DNA of 64,000 nucleotides, taken from positions 1,674,001-1,738,000 of the forward strand of contig CM030336.1 in the NCBI GenBank assembly GCA_017654855.1. Reading direction: 5' to 3'. Under the pieces are notes generated by a model. It was not told the origin of the DNA. It worked only from the letters and a program-made list of their open reading frames with translations, and searched no databases. This stretch comes from Podospora anserina (Eukaryota). Made by a program: the position numbers and the translations under genes. Shown in pieces: positions 63,101 to 64,000 of the stretch (positions are counted from its first letter, which is position 1; each line of letters starts with the position of its first letter).

Positions 63101-63631
63101 ATGCAATTCACCACCGCCCTCCTCCTCGCCCTCCAGGCCACCTTCGCCCTCACCAGCCCCGCCCCCGCCCCCGCGGCCGACCTTTCCACCGCCCAACTCG
63201 AAGCCGAGTGCGGCAGTCTCCACGCCAACACCTACAACGAGACCGCTCTCCCCTCCGACGTTGATCCAGCCCAGATCCGTCACTGGTAAGTGATCCCTTT
63301 CCCCTACCTAACCGAGCGGTTTGCTAACCGCAGACAAAAAAGCGCCGAACACCCCTCCGGCACCGCCACCGAGGAAAACACCCTCGGCAAACGCGACTGC
63401 GTCCCGGGCAGCGCGGCCCAGTACGGCTGCGGCAGGGGCGGGTACTGCTGGAGGCGCTGCGGCGGGAGCGGGGGCTCGTGGTGCTGGCAGGCGGTGAACA
63501 ACGGCTGGGGTGACTGGATCAAGTGCACTGCGAACAGCCAGTGTGCTCCGAAAAGCGGGTGGGGGTGTGGTCAGAGCGAGGGGGATTGCAATGCTTGCGG
63601 GTGCTCTTGCACGGGTGGTTTGCCTTTCTAG
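63101..63631 (+). CDS. Small secreted Cys/Gly/Trp-rich IDI-2-like protein; intron 63286-63342
   Basis: Signal peptide; AECGSL...LPSDVDPAQIRHCAEHP; Kex2 site KR; DC...YGCGRGGYCWRRCGGSGGSWCWQAVNNGWGDWIKC...CGCSC, matching my recollection of the Podospora IDI-2 family pattern. Confidence 0.7.
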
Positions 63632-64000
63632 ATGATGAGTTGGCAGAGGAGACGGCTCAGTAGGGGTTGAATAGGATAAGGGGACGGGAAAGACATTGGA
63701 AGGTCAAAAGCAACAATGATGGATCGCTTCCAAGGGGTTAGAAGTGGTGTGAACAGTAGCTAGGTACCTAGTTTTGTCTTTCTCTCATTCATCACCAACA
63801 CACAGAATTGAAAATTTGGATAAACATCGTCGGTGTGTGCACGTAACCCTATCGGTTGGTCTCGTAGCTCATAATCATTGACATATCCCTTCCCCTTCCT
63901 CTCATTCCCAACTACCCACCTACCTAAGTAAAAGACATAAACAACCACCTCATTCCCAACAAGGACAACAGAATATTAACCACCCACCACCACCCTCCCT

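Noticed and set aside
1-64000. Transposons, Starship captain, NLR (NACHT/NB-ARC) or HET-s-type amyloid motifs
   Set aside because: No transposase, reverse transcriptase, tyrosine recombinase, terminal repeats, AT-rich RIP block, NACHT motifs or convincing amyloid signalling motif were recognised by eye.

Overview
Eukaryotic, intron-containing DNA from a filamentous ascomycete. Short GT(A/G)AGT...CTAAC/CTGAC...YAG introns, HET-domain genes and an IDI-2-like gene suggest Sordariales, possibly Podospora-like; this taxon is inferred. Conserved or housekeeping genes include a mitochondrial dicarboxylate carrier, a Zn2Cys6 transcription factor, MSH6, an Atg28-like gene, pyruvate kinase, tRNA-Gly(GCC) and several oxidoreductases. 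These are interleaved with fast-evolving genes linked to non-self recognition or antagonism: a KP4-like toxin, a TOL-type HET gene, a Clr5-domain gene, an IDI-2-like secreted protein and 2EXR proteins. Several decayed genes are also present: an AAA ATPase, a tyrosinase, a HET relic, a possible ankyrin relic and a 2EXR/C2H2/Ecp2 mosaic. The most striking element is a single 4-exon gene (38546-43730) that fuses a putatively membrane-anchored classical (Msp1/spastin-like) AAA+ ATPase to a complete HET-6-type domain. Its pore-loop-1 aromatic residue is replaced. It is a candidate non-NLR immune or cell-death receptor. All product calls come from motif recognition by eye, and no database searches were run.
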